From contig JBBILZ010000003.1 of assembly GCA_037444665.1 (NCBI GenBank), positions 1 to 64,000 of the forward strand: a stretch of DNA of 64,000 nt. Reading direction: 5' to 3'. This document shows, in pieces, positions 11,457 to 21,720 of the stretch. A model generated the notes under the pieces. It did no database searches. It was not told where the DNA came from and saw only the letters and a list, made by a program, of their open reading frames with translations. A program made the translations under genes and the position numbers. Numbering within the stretch: position 1 is the first letter of the stretch; each line of letters opens with the position of its first letter. The DNA comes from a candidate division WOR-3 bacterium. Its GTDB lineage: Bacteria; Hydrothermota; Tepidihabitantia; SM23-42; JAOAFX01.

Positions 11457-11530
11457 CGCGCCTGGAGGGATTTGAACCCCCGGCCTACGGGTTCGAAGCC
11501 CGCCGCTCTATCCACCTGAGCTACAGGCGC
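11457..11530 (-). tRNA. tRNA-Arg(UCG), CCA not encoded
   Basis: Acceptor GCGCCTG/CAGGCGC; anticodon arm GCGGG-CTTCGAA-CCCGT; T loop GGTTCAAATCC. Confidence 0.93.
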
Positions 11531-11544
11531 AAATTTGTGTAATT

Positions 11545-11898
11545 CTAAAAGGCATCTGCAATATATTCATATTTAGTGCCTTTATCATCCTGACTAATTG
11601 CCAGCACATCAAAATGTATTTCACTATCCATTGCAAGGTGCCTCTTTTTTAACCAGCACAATGCCGCACGGTGAATCTTATGCTGTTTTCGTTTAATTAC
11701 TGATTCCTGGGGTAATCCATATTCAAGACTACGCCGATATTTCACTTCAACAAAATGAAAAGAACGGTCTTTCCTTAAAATTAAATCAATCTCTCCATAA
11801 CGGCAACGAAAGTTATGTTCTACAATGTTAAATGCCTGTTTCTTGAAAAATTTTCGTGCCAGTTCTTCACCCCTTTTACCAAGCTGAATTTTATTCAA
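11545..11898 (-). CDS. yraN: YraN/UPF0102 family endonuclease
   Basis: GKRGEELA, NFRCRYGEIDLI, FVEVKYR. Confidence 0.9.
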   Translation of the reverse strand: MNKIQLGKRGEELARKFFKKQAFNIVEHNFRCRYGEIDLILRKDRSFHFVEVKYRRSLEYGLPQESVIKRKQHKIHRAALCWLKKRHLAMDSEIHFDVLAISQDDKGTKYEYIADAF

Positions 11899-11900
11899 TA

Positions 11901-12494
11901 TTATTTTGCTCCAATTAGACGAAACGATTTTCTATGAATCGGACAGGGACCATATTTTTTTATACACGCACGATGATAATCTGTCGGATAACCTTTATGT
12001 CTATCAAATCCATACATTGGAAACTGTCTATGATACTCAAGCATTATTGAATCCCTTTTTACCTTTGCCAGAATAGAGGCTGAGGCAATATTGATGCTCA
12101 GTGTATCACCCTTAATGATTGGTATTTGCTCGTATGGTAGATTATCAATCTTTAGAGCATCAATAAGAACAATCTCCGGATTTTGCGATAATCCATTGAT
12201 TGCCTGAGCCATTGCTAATTTTGTTGCTTCAAGAATATTTATTTTATCAATCACATCTGAAGCAACAATCCCAAAGGCATAACTCACTGCTGAATTTTGT
12301 ATAACTTTGAATAATGCTTCTCTTTTTCCTGCCGAAAGTTTTTTTGAGTCATCAATTTCAGGATGATAATAATTTTTAGGCAGGATGACCGCTGCAGCAA
12401 CTACTGGTCCGGCAAGCGGTCCTCTGCCTGCCTCATCACAACCAGCAATAAAATTGAACCTCTGCCAGAATTTATGGTCAATTATTGCCTTCAA
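11901..12494 (-). CDS. rnhB: ribonuclease HII
   Basis: [40 protein letters not shown]. Confidence 0.96.
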   Translation of the reverse strand: MKAIIDHKFWQRFNFIAGCDEAGRGPLAGPVVAAAVILPKNYYHPEIDDSKKLSAGKREALFKVIQNSAVSYAFGIVASDVIDKINILEATKLAMAQAINGLSQNPEIVLIDALKIDNLPYEQIPIIKGDTLSINIASASILAKVKRDSIMLEYHRQFPMYGFDRHKGYPTDYHRACIKKYGPCPIHRKSFRLIGAK

Positions 12495-12840
12495 CTTTCT
12501 TTTCTTCTAACTTCTGCGCAGTCTCTTCTTTTGGAGCAGTAATTTCTTGATTTTTTAGTTTTTTAACTTTCTTGTTTCTCAGATAGATCAATTTTGCCCG
12601 GCGCACCTTACCCCTCTTCTTCACTTCAATACGGGCAATCATCGGTGAATTTAAAGGGAAGATTCTTTCCACACCAATACCTGCCGATACCTTGCGCACA
12701 ATAAAAGTTTTATTATTACCACTCCCTTTTATTTGCACAACCACACCTTGAAAAGGTGAGAGTCTTGTTTTATCACCTTCAATAACCTTTACATATACCT
12801 TTATTAAATCTCCAGGTTTGAATTCAGGATTTTTTGCCAT
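12478..12840 (-). CDS. rplS: 50S ribosomal protein L19
   Basis: [25 protein letters not shown]. Confidence 0.96.
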   Translation of the reverse strand: MAKNPEFKPGDLIKVYVKVIEGDKTRLSPFQGVVVQIKGSGNNKTFIVRKVSAGIGVERIFPLNSPMIARIEVKKRGKVRRAKLIYLRNKKVKKLKNQEITAPKEETAQKLEEKKVEGNN

Positions 12841-13555
12841 TTAGCACCTCCGTTAATATCTCCAGGTCCACTTTAGAAAAAAGCACATCAGATAAAAGGT
12901 CAGGCCTTTCCTTTAGTGTTCTTTTTATTGCTTCTTTTCTTCGCCAGCGTGCAATCGCCTGGTGATTGCCGCTGACCAAAATTTCTGGAACTGAATGATT
13001 TTTAAAATTTGCTGGACGGGTATAAACCGGCGCAGATAATAGCCCATTCTGTAAAGAATCCTCTTCGGCTGAATCAATGTGGCCCAGGACACCGGGCAAT
13101 AATCTGCTTATCGCCTCAATTAAAATTATGGCTGCAGTTTCACCACCTGATAAAACATAGTCGCCCACAGAAATCTCTTTTACGGGCAAAAATTTGCCAA
13201 GCCTCTCATCAATGCCCTTATACCGTCCACATACAAGGATGATGTTATTATTTTTTAGAAGTTCTTTAATTAATTTTTGATTGAGCACTTTACCCGTGGG
13301 TGTAAAATTTATTATCAATGAATCATTATTCTTTATCGCGTTAATTGCCTTTAATAATGGCTCTAATTTTAAAACCATACCTGCACCACCACCAAACTGA
13401 TAGTCATCCACGATACGGTCTTTTACAAAGTCCCTGGGATTGATAATATTAACTTTAATTGCACCCTTATCCTGGGCAATCCTCAGTGTACCACAGGATA
13501 ATGGACCCCTAAAATATTCAGGGAATAAGGAGATGATGTTAAAATGCAAGGACAT
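12824..13555 (-). CDS. trmD: tRNA (guanine-N1)-methyltransferase
   Basis: [34 protein letters not shown]. Confidence 0.96.
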   Translation of the reverse strand: MSLHFNIISLFPEYFRGPLSCGTLRIAQDKGAIKVNIINPRDFVKDRIVDDYQFGGGAGMVLKLEPLLKAINAIKNNDSLIINFTPTGKVLNQKLIKELLKNNNIILVCGRYKGIDERLGKFLPVKEISVGDYVLSGGETAAIILIEAISRLLPGVLGHIDSAEEDSLQNGLLSAPVYTRPANFKNHSVPEILVSGNHQAIARWRRKEAIKRTLKERPDLLSDVLFSKVDLEILTEVLNGKKS

Positions 13556-13582
13556 TGAATGAGTGGTGAATTAAAATACAGA

Positions 13583-13623
13583 AAAGGGTATCAAGGGGAT
13601 TCTTTTTTCCCCTGATACCCTTT
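13583..13623. repeat. inverted repeat between khpA and trmD
   Basis: AAAGGGTATCA(A)GGGGA...TCCCCTGATACCCTTT. Confidence 0.7.
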
Positions 13624-13655
13624 CTTAAAAAAAAGGCAAGAGATGTCAAGATTCA

Positions 13656-13886
13656 TTATTCGATTATTTCTAATACCGCGCGTTTTCCTTGTTTCATTGC
13701 AGCCGCGGTAATGATTGTGCGAATCGCCTTTGCGGTTCTTCCTTCTTTACCAATTACCTTACCAAGATCACCTTCGCCGACTCTAAGTTCATATATGATG
13801 CTCTTTTCGCCAGCGACCTCTTTAATGTTTACTTTATCGGGATTATCCACAAGCCCTTTTACGATATATTCGATAAGCTCCTTCAT
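13656..13886 (-). CDS. khpA: KH-domain RNA-binding protein
   Basis: [17 protein letters not shown]; follows rpsP. Confidence 0.92.
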   Translation of the reverse strand: MKELIEYIVKGLVDNPDKVNIKEVAGEKSIIYELRVGEGDLGKVIGKEGRTAKAIRTIITAAAMKQGKRAVLEIIE

Positions 13887-14122
13887 GATGAACCTCCTTT
13901 TTCTTTTGCAATTAATTTAGCCACCGTACTGGTAGGCTTAGCTCCCTGAGAAAGCCAGTATTCAATGCGATCCCGTTTTAATTCCAAATTCTTCTTAATG
14001 GGATCGTAATGACCAAGGTTCTCTATGTATTCACCATCCCTTGCCTTTTTTGAATCTATTGCCACAATCCGATAAAAAGGACTCTTATGTTTACCCATAC
14101 GCCTTAAGCGAATTCTAACCAT
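13883..14122 (-). CDS. rpsP: 30S ribosomal protein S16
   Basis: [33 protein letters not shown]. Confidence 0.97.
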   Translation of the reverse strand: MVRIRLRRMGKHKSPFYRIVAIDSKKARDGEYIENLGHYDPIKKNLELKRDRIEYWLSQGAKPTSTVAKLIAKEKGGSS

Positions 14123-14127
14123 ATAAT

Positions 14128-14155
14128 ATTATATTAATTTTAAGCACATTGTCAA
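14128..14155 (-). promoter_or_regulatory. consensus promoter for rpsP (probably leaderless)
   Basis: TTGACA-N16-TATAAT-N5-ATG. Confidence 0.7.
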
Positions 14156-14166
14156 TACCCCAACCA

Positions 14167-15558
14167 TCAGACAACAACGACCCTGTTCCGACCCGTCATC
14201 TTACCTTCGTACATTGCCTTATCTGCGCGACCAATCAAATCATCACGCGAAAGTGCATCTTCAGGAAAGGTAGCAACGCCAAGGGTAACTGTGACATTGA
14301 AACTTTTGCCATCCTGTGCAGGAAAGGGTTTTTCTTCAATCGCTTTTCTTATCCTTTCAGCAATAATTGCGGCAGTAGGTTTGTCCGTATCCGGCAAGAC
14401 AATTATATACTCATCTCCACCATAGCGCACCGCAATATCTTTATCCCTGATCACCGCCTTTGCCCTTTCACCAATCAAGCGCAGGGTCTCACTTCCAACC
14501 AGATGCCCATAATTATCATCAACCAGTTTAAAAAAGTCCACATCAAAGAATATCAATGAAATCTTTGCCCGGGTAGCGAGCCTTTCTCTAATAAATTCAT
14601 CAAGAATGTGATTGCAGTAACGTGTATTATATAATTTTGTTAAATCATCGGTAATACTCGTCTCTTCCATTTTATTATAGAGCTGGGCATTGCGCAGGGC
14701 AATGGTTATGTGCTGAACCAGATTTTCAAAGATCTCTAAATCATCTTTGGTAAATGGTTCGCCTCCAACTTTATTGACAACTTCAACCACACCAAGGATT
14801 TCATTGCCACTTTTCATTGGTACACAGAGAATAGACTTTGTTATAAATTTTGTCTTTTTATCAACCCCATCATAAAACCTCGGGTCTTTTGTCACATCTT
14901 CAACAATTAAGGGCTTGCCAGTGCGTGCAACCCAACCCGCAACCCCCTGATTGATTTTTAATCTAATCCCGATCAATTTCTGACCCGCCTCACCTGCCGC
15001 CGCCTCAAATACTAATTCTTGATTCTCTTTATCAAGCAGAAGGATAGACCAACCTTCTGCTTTGACAAAATCAGCAGTCTTCTCCATAATAATTTTTAAA
15101 ATCTCCTTGGGCCTCAAGGAAGAATTTATTGCCCTGACAATCTCATTAAGGGTCTCCATTTCTTTTACTTTTCTTTTTAACGACTCAACTGTTTTCAAAT
15201 TAAAAATATTCTGTTCGCGCTTCTTAATTGCCTTTTGTATAACTTTCTTTAAATTAGATAATGTATACGGTGGTCTAATAATACCGACCGTATCAGGAAT
15301 AATCAATCTCTCATAATTAATCTTATCCTGGGCAGAGGCGATGAGGATAACAGGTATCGCAAATTTTGATTTCTCAATGTTTGCAATTGCTTTATCTGCA
15401 TCAAAGTGAATTATTATAATATCAATATTTTGTTTTTTGATTGCTGGCACTATTGCAGAAGATTTTAATACCGTAAAAACTTCAAGATTCAATTTCTTTA
15501 AATAATCAATTAAACGATTTTTATGCTTGGAAACAGGATGATAAAGTAGAACTTTCAT
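14167..15558 (-). CDS. diguanylate cyclase (degenerate REC-GAF-GGDEF)
   Basis: TDDLTKLYN, DVDFFKLVDDNYGHLVGS, RDKD I-site, RYGGDEY; central GAF. Confidence 0.9.
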   Translation of the reverse strand: MKVLLYHPVSKHKNRLIDYLKKLNLEVFTVLKSSAIVPAIKKQNIDIIIIHFDADKAIANIEKSKFAIPVILIASAQDKINYERLIIPDTVGIIRPPYTLSNLKKVIQKAIKKREQNIFNLKTVESLKRKVKEMETLNEIVRAINSSLRPKEILKIIMEKTADFVKAEGWSILLLDKENQELVFEAAAGEAGQKLIGIRLKINQGVAGWVARTGKPLIVEDVTKDPRFYDGVDKKTKFITKSILCVPMKSGNEILGVVEVVNKVGGEPFTKDDLEIFENLVQHITIALRNAQLYNKMEETSITDDLTKLYNTRYCNHILDEFIRERLATRAKISLIFFDVDFFKLVDDNYGHLVGSETLRLIGERAKAVIRDKDIAVRYGGDEYIIVLPDTDKPTAAIIAERIRKAIEEKPFPAQDGKSFNVTVTLGVATFPEDALSRDDLIGRADKAMYEGKMTGRNRVVVV

Positions 15559-17825
15559 TGTGTGGGTATGATTTCATAGAACGGCTTTGCCTTTTTCTTA
15601 TCTTCGTTATAGATGTTTCCAAACTCATCAATTATCAAATTACCCGATTTTATTTCAGACAATGCCCTCTTCTTATCAAGTTCTTCAAGAATATGCATTC
15701 CCCTGAGTGCTATAGAAACCTTCAGCTCTGGATACAGATACCCATGGGGTAGTTTGCGAACATCATCCAGAATCCTTAAATATTTCTCAAAAACTGATTC
15801 ATCAATAGGAAATTCAAAATTTTCTGTGTTCAGCATAAAATTGATAAATGTAGGTAGATCACAGATTACTACAGAACGCCCGGGCTGGCGTTCCATAGAA
15901 TAGAGATGCGCATCAGCAAGGATTGGGCCTACCAGATCCGGGTCACCAAAAGAATTTGCTGACAGTACCACATCCCTTTCTGGTATTCCCGAGGCAATAC
16001 CCACACCAATTCTAAAGAGCGTTTTAAATTCAGGCGGCAAAAGGGCATAGGTGACACCATCAACTTCCATTGTCCTTTCCGCAACCGATGCGAACCAATC
16101 GCGATAATGCACAAAATTTGCACGAATGAATTCCTCTGCCTTAACCACCATATCCCTTGCACAGAGGATTGCTCTTTTTGCTGCGTCTCCAGCCGGTATC
16201 AATTCTAATTCTGCGCCAGAAAATATTGAATAACGCAGATTAACTCCTTTACCTGTGGTAGATTCTGTATAAAGGTGGTTATATAAACTCTGTGAATTAT
16301 CAGCAAACCATATTATACCTCCGTCACCAGTGTCTTTCAGTAAGAAACCTCCGTAGTTTCTACCGATGGTTGCCATCTCTTTGGCAAATTTATATTTTAT
16401 ACGCTGTTCTTTTAATGCATTATGCAATTTAATACCCATATATGAGGAACCACGAATATCATAGACCAGCACAGTAATCGTCTTTCGGTACTGCTCAAGG
16501 AATTTCTGCAATTCATCGGACAGGGGTGTACTCTTCTTTCGCACATTCAAAATCTCTTTTCCTTCAAGTTGGAAATATGTAAAGTTGGCGATGTCCTTTA
16601 TCACTTTCTTAGATTCTTTACTACCTGGAGGTAAACAATTGACAATATCATATAGACAATTACCCATATGGGTCGGTATCAATTCTTTTTTTATAAATGA
16701 AAGATAGGCTTCTTTTACTCCATTTATATCAAGGTCAACGCCCAGCAAGGCTTTTCTTTCAAATTTGGCGATTAGTGGCAGGTCTCGGTGTTTCTGTTTA
16801 TGCAATTCCTCAAAATTACTCATTATATTTTTTGCAAATAGTTTCTCTTCCTGAGGTGTTAAATCTCCATATTTATAACAGAATGAAATTTCTCTGAATA
16901 ATTCGCTGATCGGCTTTTTCTTGTCCAGTCTTCTTTTCTCTATCAAAAGTTGCAATTCTTCTTCTTTTTTTAGAAATTTTTGCAATTCATCGCGCCGCTG
17001 GTCATATTCCTTGAGATGATAAACATTACCAAGAAACAATCTTTCCAGGCGGGAAAAAAGATTTGAAGTTTTCTGGGTTATTAATTCAATGTCTGCACCT
17101 TTGGCTACTAAATTATCAAGAATATCCTTCAGCCCGGCATTCGTTTCCATATACAATGCAGCAAGCTGTTCTTTTAATCGTGCTGAATACAAATCAATAC
17201 CACGCAATTCTTCAGTGATTCTTTCTTTATCGCGCTGTAGCATCGTTCCAATCTTTTTCAAAATCTTTAATAAAGAGGATTCTGATAAGTAGTCAAAATA
17301 GACAGAAGGTATCTTTTCCATTGCTTCAGTATTGTTTTTGAAGGTCATTCGCTCAATATCTACAAGAAAACTGGGTAAGATGTTTTCCACGCGGGCGTTG
17401 ATAAATGACTGGTGAATTAATAAAAAGGCATCGCTGGACAATGAATAATTTCTTAATTCTTGATTAAATTCAAAGATTGCCTTGTATGGTTTCAGATTAT
17501 CAATCAGCGCAATTATACATTCAGGACATTTTTCTTTTAGACCTGCGGGTATGGGCAGTCCCATCTTTTTATGGCCAATATACAGTGCCCATTCATAATC
17601 TTTATATTGGGTAATTGGGCTACCGAGCCAGATGAAAAAAATTGTCAGTTCCTCAAATTTTTTGATTATCTCGGACGGACAGTTTAATATTGCCAGTCCT
17701 TCTTTTATATCCGCAATTGTTTTCTGAAAACGCACTGGCTCAATGTATCGTTCTTTTAAAAAATCCAGATATTGCGTCTGTTCTTCAATTATCTTGTGCA
17801 AATCTACAATGTTAATTTTATTCAT
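15555..17825 (-). CDS. large helical protein with C-terminal class III nucleotidyl-cyclase-like domain (paralog B)
   Basis: YDIRGSS, LKDTGDGG, RIGVGIASG, GDPDLVG. Confidence 0.7.
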   Translation of the reverse strand: MNKINIVDLHKIIEEQTQYLDFLKERYIEPVRFQKTIADIKEGLAILNCPSEIIKKFEELTIFFIWLGSPITQYKDYEWALYIGHKKMGLPIPAGLKEKCPECIIALIDNLKPYKAIFEFNQELRNYSLSSDAFLLIHQSFINARVENILPSFLVDIERMTFKNNTEAMEKIPSVYFDYLSESSLLKILKKIGTMLQRDKERITEELRGIDLYSARLKEQLAALYMETNAGLKDILDNLVAKGADIELITQKTSNLFSRLERLFLGNVYHLKEYDQRRDELQKFLKKEEELQLLIEKRRLDKKKPISELFREISFCYKYGDLTPQEEKLFAKNIMSNFEELHKQKHRDLPLIAKFERKALLGVDLDINGVKEAYLSFIKKELIPTHMGNCLYDIVNCLPPGSKESKKVIKDIANFTYFQLEGKEILNVRKKSTPLSDELQKFLEQYRKTITVLVYDIRGSSYMGIKLHNALKEQRIKYKFAKEMATIGRNYGGFLLKDTGDGGIIWFADNSQSLYNHLYTESTTGKGVNLRYSIFSGAELELIPAGDAAKRAILCARDMVVKAEEFIRANFVHYRDWFASVAERTMEVDGVTYALLPPEFKTLFRIGVGIASGIPERDVVLSANSFGDPDLVGPILADAHLYSMERQPGRSVVICDLPTFINFMLNTENFEFPIDESVFEKYLRILDDVRKLPHGYLYPELKVSIALRGMHILEELDKKRALSEIKSGNLIIDEFGNIYNEDKKKAKPFYEIIPTQ

Positions 17826-20242
17826 TTGGGCACCTCATAGGAAAGTTCAAATAAAAATTTACCCCGACCACCTTTTCCATCTTTTATTTCACCGGTCTCG
17901 TCTATGGTAATATCAAAGACTCCGAGAAGAATTTTCAAGCTCCCGGGATGATATATTTCTTCACCCATTTTTGTAGCAAAAATTTTGTAGAGATCAAGGA
18001 TAAAACCGCGGCGTGTAATTTTCTGATTAATCCAGTATTCCAGTTCCTGTTCTATATCCATTGATTCTGCAGTAAGTTTCACTCCAGTTTCACCAAAGAA
18101 AGAAAATTTCTCAACATTTAAGAGAAGATTAAAAATGGTGGCATCATCGCAGATTACAGTAGATTTGTCTTTGCTTTTTATCTTTGAATAAAAATTTGAT
18201 TCCCGCACGAGCATTCCTGTGAGATCAAAATCACCAAAGGCATTGCGGTCTAAATAGACCTCCCTGGGATACTCACCCGATGCAATCCCCACGCCAATCT
18301 GAAATATAGATTGATATAAAGGGGGCAAAGTAGCATAGGTTATCCCCTCAAAATTTATCTTTCTATCCTCGGCTTCTTTAAACCAATCTTTATAATGCTC
18401 AATATTCTCCTGGACAAAATTGATTGACTCCCGCACCATTTCCAGACCACAGCGTACCGCATTAAGGGTGCTACCGGCCGCGGGTATTTTGGTCTTCTGA
18501 TTCTTCAATTCATAATTATTGCTGGCAAAAAGAATAATCCCGCCATCACCGGTATCTTTTACTGGCAGACCTCCGAATTTTTCAATAATGGTCAGCATGC
18601 TTTCCTGAAAAAGATTTCTTATTTCATTTTCCTTTGCGGCATTCTGTAATTTTGTTCCCATCAGAGTAGAACCTCTTATATCATAGGTCAGAACTGAAAT
18701 TAAATTTTTATATCGCTGAATATTTAATCCTGAAGGCGCTTCAATTCTGGTAATGGAACTGATATCCTTCTCCACCATTGATACCCTGCCATTCATTGAT
18801 TCTTCAGCAATATAGCGTATATTTTCAGGTGCTGGCGTCCCGGTGACTTTTGGATAATAATCAACCATCTCTTCTAAAAGAACTGATTTTAAAAATGGTT
18901 CAAATATATTTTTCACAACATTCTCAAATCTGTTCATTATTTCAGTAGTATTATAGCGCTCTTTTAAAAAACCAGGGATGCGCAGGTCATTGAGCTTATT
19001 AACAAATTCTTTATTACCCTTTATTTCATTAATCACATCCTTGATGAGGTTCTGAAATGTCTCTTCATCTATTGACTTTTTCTCGCCAACCATAAACAGA
19101 AGATATGGGTCCCATTCATTTTTCACGATAAATTTTAAAAAATCTGCGGGCTTCAATTTCAATATGCCTTCCATTTCACTTTCCTGCCTTTGGTATTCCT
19201 GATATTCAGTGCGTAATTTTCTCATATCATAACCAAGGGATATTAAGTTACGCCGTAATTTTTTTATCTGAATATCCAGTGCCTCCTCAGTTGAAAAATC
19301 ACGGGTTATTTTGACCATCTCCTCACCCAGACTACGATTGGTTTCAATAATTTTATTCTCAATCTGATTTAATTGATTCTCTAACACCTCTTTTCTCTTT
19401 TTTATTTCAGCACATAATCCACGCGCAGCATTTTGAATAACGGTAAAAACCTGTAGCACGCCTTCTTCATCAGGAAAGAAAAATTGACTGCGCATTACCT
19501 CCATAACTTTTTCCCGATTGAATGATTTACCAAGTGATTTAATATTATCAATAAGATTCTGTAACCCTTCGGTGTAAGTAGTATTTAAAAGAAATTTTAA
19601 AATTGCAGAAAATAGAGGCTCGGGCAAACCTTCCTGTAAAATCATCCTTGCCATCATTTTCGTAATTTCTGACCGTGTTACTTTAGGGAATAAAGGAATT
19701 TTTTCATAAGAATCAACAATCAGACGGTCTTGCACCATAACATTCCTGGTAAGGGAACGCCTTATATAATTGAACAATTGGTTGATAACGACTCCGAATC
19801 TCTCTGCGATCAGTGCTTTGTCATCAATCGTTCTATGGGCAACTTCTTTTGTAAGAATATCTCTTAATAGTTTGCGATTTACTATCTCAAAAATAAAAAT
19901 TTTAAAAACATCAGCCTGGGTAAATCTTTTGTAAATTTCAAAAAGGGTATTACTATAACGTTCAAAAAATTCATCCCATTTACTGATCATTGATTCATCT
20001 TTAAGGAATTTTAAATAATTTGATACAAATTCTTCCTGGAGACTGAAGATTTTTCTCCCTAAAAAGACAAGTTCTTTACCCTCTTTTTCTTCAAAATGTT
20101 TCAGGATTGGGTCATTATTAGAAATCTTTTTCAGCACCAGGAGATAACGCTGGAAATTTAATGAATCGCGATAAACTTTATTGAGTTTCTGATAATAGGG
20201 TGTCTGGGTAATTAAGATCTCTTCAAATTCATTTCTTAGCAT
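17822..20242 (-). CDS. large coiled-coil protein with C-terminal class III nucleotidyl-cyclase-like domain (paralog A)
   Basis: YDIRGST, VKDTGDGG, QIGVGIASG, GDFDLTG; AGGAG RBS before ATG 20242 (MLRNEF). Confidence 0.7.
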   Translation of the reverse strand: MLRNEFEEILITQTPYYQKLNKVYRDSLNFQRYLLVLKKISNNDPILKHFEEKEGKELVFLGRKIFSLQEEFVSNYLKFLKDESMISKWDEFFERYSNTLFEIYKRFTQADVFKIFIFEIVNRKLLRDILTKEVAHRTIDDKALIAERFGVVINQLFNYIRRSLTRNVMVQDRLIVDSYEKIPLFPKVTRSEITKMMARMILQEGLPEPLFSAILKFLLNTTYTEGLQNLIDNIKSLGKSFNREKVMEVMRSQFFFPDEEGVLQVFTVIQNAARGLCAEIKKRKEVLENQLNQIENKIIETNRSLGEEMVKITRDFSTEEALDIQIKKLRRNLISLGYDMRKLRTEYQEYQRQESEMEGILKLKPADFLKFIVKNEWDPYLLFMVGEKKSIDEETFQNLIKDVINEIKGNKEFVNKLNDLRIPGFLKERYNTTEIMNRFENVVKNIFEPFLKSVLLEEMVDYYPKVTGTPAPENIRYIAEESMNGRVSMVEKDISSITRIEAPSGLNIQRYKNLISVLTYDIRGSTLMGTKLQNAAKENEIRNLFQESMLTIIEKFGGLPVKDTGDGGIILFASNNYELKNQKTKIPAAGSTLNAVRCGLEMVRESINFVQENIEHYKDWFKEAEDRKINFEGITYATLPPLYQSIFQIGVGIASGEYPREVYLDRNAFGDFDLTGMLVRESNFYSKIKSKDKSTVICDDATIFNLLLNVEKFSFFGETGVKLTAESMDIEQELEYWINQKITRRGFILDLYKIFATKMGEEIYHPGSLKILLGVFDITIDETGEIKDGKGGRGKFLFELSYEVPK

Positions 20243-21197
20243 TGTAATACTCCTGGGCAGCAAGATGTTCTTTATAGGTTCTTGAAAAATGGTGATAACC
20301 ATCACCGCGGGAAACAAAATAAAGATAGTCAACATCTGCTGGATATAATGCTGATTTTATTGAGCTCAATCCTGGTGAACAGATTGGGCCTGGCGGTAAA
20401 CCATAGTGGAGGTATGTATTATAGGGCGAATCAATTTTCAGGTCGTTTTTTAGAATATAGGTAATTGTAAGGTGCGGGTCTTTTAATTTTTTGGCGTAAA
20501 TCACGGTAGCGCAGGATTCAAGCGGACGTCCCAATTTTAATCGGTTAAAGAAAACACGGGCAATAATGGGTCGCTCTTCATCATGACGGGCCTCTTTTTC
20601 CACCAATGAAGCCATAATTATTATCGTTTGTAAAGAATCTACGGGTATCGTGGTAATTTTTTTTAAATGCATTTTTAAATTTTCTACCATTTTGCTGATA
20701 ATCTTTGCATCACCTTCATCTTCATCAAAGGCATAAGTATCAGGAAAAAGATAGCCTTCCAGAGATGGAACATTCAATCCCAAATTTTTTATAAAATTTC
20801 TGTTATTACACAATTCAAGGAATCTTTCCTGGTCTTTAACTATGTTCTTTGCATACAAAATTTCAGCAATCTCTTTTAAGGTAAGTCCTTCAGGAACGGT
20901 TATTGTGATATCGCTCCTTCCACCCTGCACAAGTTTTTGAATAACATAGACCGGATTTTTGTAAATTGGTAATTGGAACCTTCCTGAACGAATAGAACCT
21001 TCTTTACCTAAAATCTTCAACCAGAATAAGAATTCAGTAGTTGCACGCACAACCTTTTCTTTTGCTAAAATATTTGCGATCTCACGGGCAGAAGCATTTT
21101 TCGGAATATTGACTTCTCTCGTTCCGATATTAAAAGGTTGCAACCAGCATAAAAAAATCATGCCCAAAATTATTAAAAGATAGATAATCTTACGCAT
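20229..21197 (-). CDS. mltG: endolytic transglycosylase MltG
   Basis: ITVPEG, LEGYLFPDTY, ASLVEKE, SPYNTY..GLPPGPI, YLYFV. Confidence 0.94.
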   Translation of the reverse strand: MRKIIYLLIILGMIFLCWLQPFNIGTREVNIPKNASAREIANILAKEKVVRATTEFLFWLKILGKEGSIRSGRFQLPIYKNPVYVIQKLVQGGRSDITITVPEGLTLKEIAEILYAKNIVKDQERFLELCNNRNFIKNLGLNVPSLEGYLFPDTYAFDEDEGDAKIISKMVENLKMHLKKITTIPVDSLQTIIIMASLVEKEARHDEERPIIARVFFNRLKLGRPLESCATVIYAKKLKDPHLTITYILKNDLKIDSPYNTYLHYGLPPGPICSPGLSSIKSALYPADVDYLYFVSRGDGYHHFSRTYKEHLAAQEYYNAKK

Positions 21198-21201
21198 AAA
21201 A

Positions 21202-21630
21202 TCAACATTCTATCGGTTCAGATCCATTGGTTCTCTGTCTCAAATACTCCTCAAGCATCAAAGAGGCAGCAATTTCATCCAAATTTTTCTTTTTTATACC
21301 ATGGTCTTTTAATACTCTTAATGCATACTTGCTCGTAAATCTTTCGTCCCATAATTGAACCTCAATTTTTAATGATTTTTTTAAATCTTTAACAAATCTG
21401 TTTATCTCCTCAGACATTTCATTTGTTCTGCCATCAAGTGAAACTGGATTACCAACAAGAATGAGTCCAACGCTATTCTGTTCACTAATAAACTTAAGTC
21501 GTTTGATAAGGTCTTTACGGGAATTATAAGTAATGGTCAGGTAGGGTTGAGCAATGATGCCCATTGGGTCGGTCAGGGCGATGCCGATTCGCATCTTACC
21601 ATAATCCACTGCCATAATCTTCATAATCAT
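21202..21630 (-). CDS. ruvX: RuvX/YqgF family nuclease
   Basis: AVDYGKMRIGIA, WDERFTS, DEIAASLML. Confidence 0.92.
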   Translation of the reverse strand: MIMKIMAVDYGKMRIGIALTDPMGIIAQPYLTITYNSRKDLIKRLKFISEQNSVGLILVGNPVSLDGRTNEMSEEINRFVKDLKKSLKIEVQLWDERFTSKYALRVLKDHGIKKKNLDEIAASLMLEEYLRQRTNGSEPIEC

Positions 21631-21720
21631 TCAAATTATAACTAATTTTTATTTATTGTCAACTATGATTGACTTGAACTTTTTTTTATATATAATTAAT
21701 CCACTTAAAAGGGGGTTTAA

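Noticed and set aside
11457..11530. tRNA-anchored integrated element (also considered for tRNA-Gln)
   Set aside because: No integrase and no duplicated tRNA 3' end; both tRNAs are flanked by core genes.
15555..20242. Pycsar or CBASS defence system
   Set aside because: No adjacent cNMP-TIR/TM effector; the genes sit in a housekeeping operon and are far larger than PycC.
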